From a virus (taxonomy: Duplodnaviria > Caudoviricetes): DNA of 64,000 nt. This document shows, one piece after another, positions 58,726-64,000 of the stretch. Below the pieces are notes generated by a model. That model saw only the letters and a list, made by a program, of their open reading frames with translations, had not been told where the DNA came from and searched no databases. The stretch is from positions 1-64,000 of the IMG/VR virus record IMGVR_UViG_3300035520_000529, one strand, 5' to 3'. Each line of letters starts with the position of its first letter. Position 1 is the stretch's first letter. A program made the position numbers and the translations under genes.

Positions 58726-59907
58726 TTATAAGTTATCGCTTTCAGCGTATGCAGGAAGATATTTGATATTGCATACTGATACTGACATATCGTCTAAGCC
58801 TATTGGAATGGTTAATGACGTTATTAAGCAGTTTTCTTGTGTCCAATCTAAATATGCTGACGTTACAGAAACTATTCTATTAACGTCTAAGTGTGGTATT
58901 AGTGGGCAACTAAAACTAGTACTCATAGTTACTGCTGACTTTTGATTTAGTTGATAGTATGCATAATCGTGACAGTGTTTGTCATCGTAACACATATCAC
59001 TTTCCTCAACTTTTTCGCATTTTTCACCAATTAGCGAAATTCTAGTAGGTGAAGCTGGATTTGTATTTTTAGCAGTGTAACTGTGTATTAGACCATCTAC
59101 GTCAGTACCATATACTTTACAAACATTTATTATAGCACCTAAATCATAGTTTGCACTTAGGTTAGAAATTTCTGGCTTGGAAGTATCAAAGAACCAACTA
59201 GGTGCTTCTCTTATATATGTATCTATCTTTGATTCTGTGAAGTTTAAACAACCATATATATCGTAAAACACATCAGCATTTAGCGATGTTCCTAATTCCG
59301 TTAAAATATCTCCTAAGTAACTATCTGCATCTTTTGTAATATCGTAAGGTAATAGAGTCTTACACATTGACATATCCACTAATGGTTCTATAGGGTCTAT
59401 AGGAACTCCATGCCCCATATCTAATGCTAAAGTTCCAGTGATAGCAGAATATGCGTTAGTATTGTATGGTATTTGATATGTTCCTTGTAAACAATGTTGA
59501 TTCAAGTCTTCGGTAAAAAATCCAAATTTATCTACTCCCTCTATTTGAACCTCATGTGGAGTGACGTTTAAACTTTTAATTACAAACACTCCTTGACTCC
59601 ACCAATAAGTGTTTTCGCTACTTTTAACACCTAGCCATATCTTAAACTTTTGATTTATCCAAATTAAAGAACTTTCATTTGGTAAAAATTCGTTGTCTAG
59701 ATTTCGTAAAGTTAAACTACACGTTCTTCTAACTCCTTGTTGGTACGTTACACTAATAGAGCCTTTAGTATCCGTTGAAACTTCTTTAGAAATCTCCTTT
59801 AACGTTTCCTCAAAATGGTCTAGTAGTTCTAGTTTAAGATACAAGTTATACGTTGATGATTTTAACGTGTTTTCGTATCCAGTATTGTATATATTAAAAT
59901 ATTCCAT
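58726..59907 (-). CDS. Baseplate hub/tail protein (DUF5048-like)
   Basis: RRT.SL.L, GVFVI, FYD..G.L, PHLD pattern; tail cluster position. Confidence 0.6.
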   Translation of the reverse strand: MEYFNIYNTGYENTLKSSTYNLYLKLELLDHFEETLKEISKEVSTDTKGSISVTYQQGVRRTCSLTLRNLDNEFLPNESSLIWINQKFKIWLGVKSSENTYWWSQGVFVIKSLNVTPHEVQIEGVDKFGFFTEDLNQHCLQGTYQIPYNTNAYSAITGTLALDMGHGVPIDPIEPLVDMSMCKTLLPYDITKDADSYLGDILTELGTSLNADVFYDIYGCLNFTESKIDTYIREAPSWFFDTSKPEISNLSANYDLGAIINVCKVYGTDVDGLIHSYTAKNTNPASPTRISLIGEKCEKVEESDMCYDDKHCHDYAYYQLNQKSAVTMSTSFSCPLIPHLDVNRIVSVTSAYLDWTQENCLITSLTIPIGLDDMSVSVCNIKYLPAYAESDNL

Positions 59908-59940
59908 AATATGCCTCTTAATTATTGATAAATAATACCA

Positions 59941-62694
59941 TCAATTCTTTTTTACATAAATGTTATGTATATCGTTTATTTGTGTATATGAGAACGATAT
60001 TGTTGTGTATAGACTCAACTCTTCGTCATAGTTGGTAGTAGGGTTATCCGATATGCTTACTTGCCAAACATCACCTTTTTGTGAACGTAGTATATAAGAA
60101 TCATACTTAATTATAAAGTCTCTCCATTCAGATACTTTTTGAAAATCGTCTACAAAATTATCAGTATCACAATCTATAGTGCCTAGCATTGCTGATAAGC
60201 TACCACTAATATAGTTGTTGCCTAGTTTACCTACTTTAGGATAATTACTATATGATTGGTGTACTTGTGTATTAATATTTTGTACAATGTCTGCTGATTC
60301 TAATTGAGAATATAGTCTCCACGTATCTTGAATGTAGTATACGTCTTTACCACATTCGGTAGCAGAAGTCTTTTCTAAGCCAGTAATAGTCCAACTACCA
60401 TTATCGTTACAGTACCAGGGTGTTACATACTTATAATATTTGTAACTTACTTCTCCATTAATATCACCAGTGGCTTTAACTTGCAATAGTATAACATATC
60501 TATAACTTACATTATTTCCAACACAATAGTCGGTACAGTTTAAGATTTTAGACATATTCTCATATACCATACTACTATGTATTAAGTCTATTTGGTTTCT
60601 ATTTTCTTCTTCTCGATATACACAAACAGATTGTGTATTGGTAATATAAGTACTTTTAAACAGCCAATTGAAGCTAAAACTACCATCCTCAGAATTGAAA
60701 TATGTTTTAATCTTTGTGTATTTATTAGTGATTTCGTTTTCTACCTCTTCTTCTTCATCAAGAACGATTATATTATTATTATCATCTAGGTATTGTAAAA
60801 TGTCTAAGGCGTTGCCGTTTTCATCTTTTTCAGATTTAGGAAAAGTTATAGTTTTACTTAGAGTAAACGTTGAATCGTTTTCTGTCCTAATGTTTATTGT
60901 GCCTTTTAATACTTTATCTATTGCTAAATATGAGTTTCTATAAAACGTATTCATTTTATAAAAATCTTCTGTTTCGATTAGAGTTGAAGCGTTATCCTCA
61001 AAAATGTGATAAGTTGCTGATTCACTAGGATACTTTGAATATCCGCTAGATAGCGTAATAACACCAGTGTTGGAATCATATCCAATGATATTTCTAGAAG
61101 AAATGTCGAATGAAGTATCACCAACATAAAACTTTTTACCAATTACGTTGGATAATCCTTTATCTATGTATAGCGTTTGTGAGTTATAAGTAACACTCGA
61201 TGAATATTCGTCATCATCTTCTATTGATATGGTTTCTTTCATTTTCCAAATAATATTCAACTCTTGTTCAGCACCTAGACAGTAATATCTATCATATGCA
61301 AATCCTTTAAAAGTTTGTCCTTGAATGATTATAGTTAATTCCTTATCTAAAGTACTTTGTGGAATATCAGACATTTTAACAATGCTCATATTAGTTTCTT
61401 TAGCAGAAGAGCTTCTATTGTTTTGACTAATGCTAAATTCATAGCAACCACCACTTTTTATTTTAGAACTAGACAGTTTACATTCACCTAACAAAGTTCC
61501 CAAGGTATCGTAATATCCTACAATTATATCTTGTGTAGAAGAATCGCTATCAGTAACGCCAGTAGTAAAACCACTTACATAACAGATAGAATCTGTTGTG
61601 CCTGAGTCATTGTATACCATAAAATTTGCTTTAGTTAGTTTGATAACATCATCTGAGCCATAGGTATGCTCTTTTGTACCATATACGTATACATAGTTAT
61701 AATCATCGTTAGGTAAAGTGTTTGTATTGTCTACAATATCACTCCAACACACTCTTAAATACACATTATTTCCATCCAGTTCTTCTTCAACAACGTTATT
61801 ATAATCATTTATTAAATACCTCATATTTGCTTTTGTGGTTAGCGTTTGGGTTTCGGAAACTTCCTTAGTTATAGTAGAAGATTCAGTAGTTGGTCGAAGT
61901 ATATTACCACTGTATAATTCACTTTTCATATTTGTGTAATCTTCTATTTTCCACTTATAACTTTTGATTAAAATACCATCCTCTTGGCTATAGTTACAGT
62001 ACCATGCACTACCTCCATTAGATAAATATTGATTATCTAATGTGACTATTTCAGTAGTGGGATTCTTTCTAGTTTTGAATACGTATTCTGGTGACTTTAC
62101 ATAGTTACTATACACTCTATATTGTGTACCTATAGATAGGCTTTGAGTAAAAGGTTTATCAAAAACAAGGCAATAATTAGAACCATCATAATTATATGAA
62201 TTGACTATTTGTCTTCTTTCGTTTCCAATATCTACAGCTAAATAATAACCAAACGTCATAAATTCATTAGAATATTCCCTAGGAGAATGCAATAAACTGT
62301 TGGCTGTTACTAACAAAGAACCATTACCTAAAATACCTGTAATACCACCTTGAAATAAAAATTGATTAATTTTGCTTTGTGAAATCATTAGATAGTACTT
62401 ATACTTTCTGCCATTTTCTAAATAATATGACTTAGTACCTAATTGTCCAAAATTTATTGAAGTGCGTTGCATATTTAATACAGTAGTACTAGCCTCTTCT
62501 ACAGACAAAGCACTAGAATTTCTACCAAAACTATATCCCATACAAATACACTCATTAGTTATAGCATCGAATAAATATATTTCCGTTCCAGTCATATCAT
62601 CGCCGTAAAAATCGAATGAATAACATTGTTGAATGTCCGCATCGACAGTAGTCATATGTGGAGATACATTTATTGGATATTTCAAAATTATCAC
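59941..62694 (-). CDS. Distal tail/baseplate protein
   Basis: Large beta-rich ORF downstream of the tape measure; NY.SG.L, LR..KGD C-terminus. Confidence 0.6.
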   Translation of the reverse strand: MIILKYPINVSPHMTTVDADIQQCYSFDFYGDDMTGTEIYLFDAITNECICMGYSFGRNSSALSVEEASTTVLNMQRTSINFGQLGTKSYYLENGRKYKYYLMISQSKINQFLFQGGITGILGNGSLLVTANSLLHSPREYSNEFMTFGYYLAVDIGNERRQIVNSYNYDGSNYCLVFDKPFTQSLSIGTQYRVYSNYVKSPEYVFKTRKNPTTEIVTLDNQYLSNGGSAWYCNYSQEDGILIKSYKWKIEDYTNMKSELYSGNILRPTTESSTITKEVSETQTLTTKANMRYLINDYNNVVEEELDGNNVYLRVCWSDIVDNTNTLPNDDYNYVYVYGTKEHTYGSDDVIKLTKANFMVYNDSGTTDSICYVSGFTTGVTDSDSSTQDIIVGYYDTLGTLLGECKLSSSKIKSGGCYEFSISQNNRSSSAKETNMSIVKMSDIPQSTLDKELTIIIQGQTFKGFAYDRYYCLGAEQELNIIWKMKETISIEDDDEYSSSVTYNSQTLYIDKGLSNVIGKKFYVGDTSFDISSRNIIGYDSNTGVITLSSGYSKYPSESATYHIFEDNASTLIETEDFYKMNTFYRNSYLAIDKVLKGTINIRTENDSTFTLSKTITFPKSEKDENGNALDILQYLDDNNNIIVLDEEEEVENEITNKYTKIKTYFNSEDGSFSFNWLFKSTYITNTQSVCVYREEENRNQIDLIHSSMVYENMSKILNCTDYCVGNNVSYRYVILLQVKATGDINGEVSYKYYKYVTPWYCNDNGSWTITGLEKTSATECGKDVYYIQDTWRLYSQLESADIVQNINTQVHQSYSNYPKVGKLGNNYISGSLSAMLGTIDCDTDNFVDDFQKVSEWRDFIIKYDSYILRSQKGDVWQVSISDNPTTNYDEELSLYTTISFSYTQINDIHNIYVKKN

Positions 62695-62724
62695 TTCTTT
62701 CTATGTATCATTGCTATATATAGC

Positions 62725-62747
62725 ATCCCCACCTACTAGGTGGGGAT
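62725..62747 (-). terminator. Hairpin after the tape-measure gene
   Basis: ATCCCCACCTA/TAGGTGGGGAT. Confidence 0.5.
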
Positions 62748-62757
62748 AGTTTGTAAT

Positions 62758-63999
62758 CTATAAGTTTTCTTTAAGTAAGGTTGTTAATTGGTCTATGAAT
62801 TGTGTAGGATTGTCAGTGGCTACTTTGTCTATATTTATAGTTAAAGTTTGTGCTACTTGTGTGGATGATTTTAACAAACCATTACTTAATGCAGACGAGT
62901 TTTTTAAATCCGTTAATGCTTCGTTAGTAACGTCTACAGAGTTCTTTAAGTTATTAACTGGTTCGGCAACAGTTGTGGTCAAACTAGTATTAAAATCTTC
63001 GGGTAGTCCTAAAATTTTATTAATGCTTTCTTGAGTTAGCTTAGTAAACTCATTAACGCTATTTGTAAGACCAGTAAGTTCATCAGTGTGAGTAGAGTTC
63101 ATTTGTTCTTCTAACGCACTGATTTGCTTATCCAAAGCTTCTTCTTGTTTGTCAATAGCATCTATTTCTTTATCTATAGCATCTTGTTGGTCTTTAAGAA
63201 CGTCTATTTGATCATCTAAGCCATCAATAATATCATTTATGCCGTCTATTTGGTCATCTAAAGCATCAATTTGGTCATCAAGAGCATCAATTTGCTTTTC
63301 AAGTTGAGCAATTTCTTCTTCTTGTAAAAGTTCATCGAGTTCTTGTTGAGCCTCCTTGATTTCATCTTTATCCGTTTCCCATTGCCAACCAAGTTCCTCA
63401 GTAAACACTCTAATAGTTTTTTGATTGAGTGCATTTTGTAATCTGATTTGTGCTTCTTGGATTTTTAAAGCACGTTCTTCCTCTTCATTCTTTTCTTCTA
63501 ATAAATCTATTTGGTCTTGGATAGCATCCTTTTGCTTTTCGATAGCTTCCTTTTGGTCTTCGATTAAGTCTATTTGGTCATTCCAATAGTCTTTCTGGTT
63601 TTCGATAGCATCAATTTCATCATCTAGGGCATCTTTTTGAGCATTCCAATATTCTTTAGTTTCTTCTAAAGCTTCTTTTTGACTTTCCAGCAGTTCCTTT
63701 TGAGCATCTAATAGACCTTTATAAACTTCTTCTTCATATTTACGATAGTCATCAAGATACTCTATCTTATTGGCATAATATTCTTGATTTAGTTCATTGA
63801 GGTACTTATAATAGTTCGCATCGTCTATAACGTTCATGTTGTGTAGATGTTCAAGGTATGCAAATTGTTCTTCAGCTTCTGCTTTGTAATAGTCAGTATC
63901 ACTGCCGTAATTACCCGTAGTAACCATAGCTAAATTATTTTTCAATAATTGTAAAGCTTGAATTTGAGCATAAATTTGTTCTGTAGCTTGTCCTCTACT
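62758..63999 (-). CDS. Tape measure-like protein, C-terminal part (5' end outside window)
   Basis: Frame open to the window edge; acidic heptad coiled coil. Confidence 0.7.
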   Translation of the reverse strand, partial: SRGQATEQIYAQIQALQLLKNNLAMVTTGNYGSDTDYYKAEAEEQFAYLEHLHNMNVIDDANYYKYLNELNQEYYANKIEYLDDYRKYEEEVYKGLLDAQKELLESQKEALEETKEYWNAQKDALDDEIDAIENQKDYWNDQIDLIEDQKEAIEKQKDAIQDQIDLLEEKNEEEERALKIQEAQIRLQNALNQKTIRVFTEELGWQWETDKDEIKEAQQELDELLQEEEIAQLEKQIDALDDQIDALDDQIDGINDIIDGLDDQIDVLKDQQDAIDKEIDAIDKQEEALDKQISALEEQMNSTHTDELTGLTNSVNEFTKLTQESINKILGLPEDFNTSLTTTVAEPVNNLKNSVDVTNEALTDLKNSSALSNGLLKSSTQVAQTLTINIDKVATDNPTQFIDQLTTLLKENL

Positions 64000-64000
64000 A

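Noticed and set aside
1-64000. Antisense shadow ORFs, tRNAs, hammerhead cores and stop-codon recoding
   Set aside because: Short opposite-strand ORFs lie within real genes; no cloverleaf seen; CTGATGA hits noticed were coding and lacked stems; genes are full length in the standard code with TAA, TAG and TGA stops

Overview
AT-rich segment of a large temperate phage of a Firmicute (probably Clostridia) host that looks like a phage-plasmid. Left to right: (1) 1-4.5 kb, an array of small early-type genes punctuated by two pistol self-cleaving ribozymes and four copies of a covarying leader hairpin; (2) a tyrosine recombinase, a YopQ/YopR(MrpR)-like protein, an ImmA/ImmR-type switch, a second XRE switch and three antirepressors; (3) an SPbeta-like lytic replisome (SSB-like, AAA_24, DnaB, primase, ThyX, RecJ, a family-B polymerase in the slot where SPbeta has DnaE, intein-containing RecD2); (4) an iteron origin with a Rep_3 initiator; (5) nucleotide metabolism and DNA modification (nrdD split by a group I intron with a LAGLIDADG endonuclease, nrdG, dUTPase, PAPS reductase, several methyltransferases, one frameshifted at an (AG)6 tract); (6) parA/parB with four dispersed 27-bp palindromes (candidate parS) and a HipA-like kinase; (7) on the minus strand, endolysin, holin and tail/adhesin genes up to the 3' end of a tape-measure-like gene. 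The best candidate for a new system is the RNA-level architecture of the early region (pistol ribozymes plus a conserved pre-RBS hairpin). All family assignments come from recognising motifs by eye; no searches were run.
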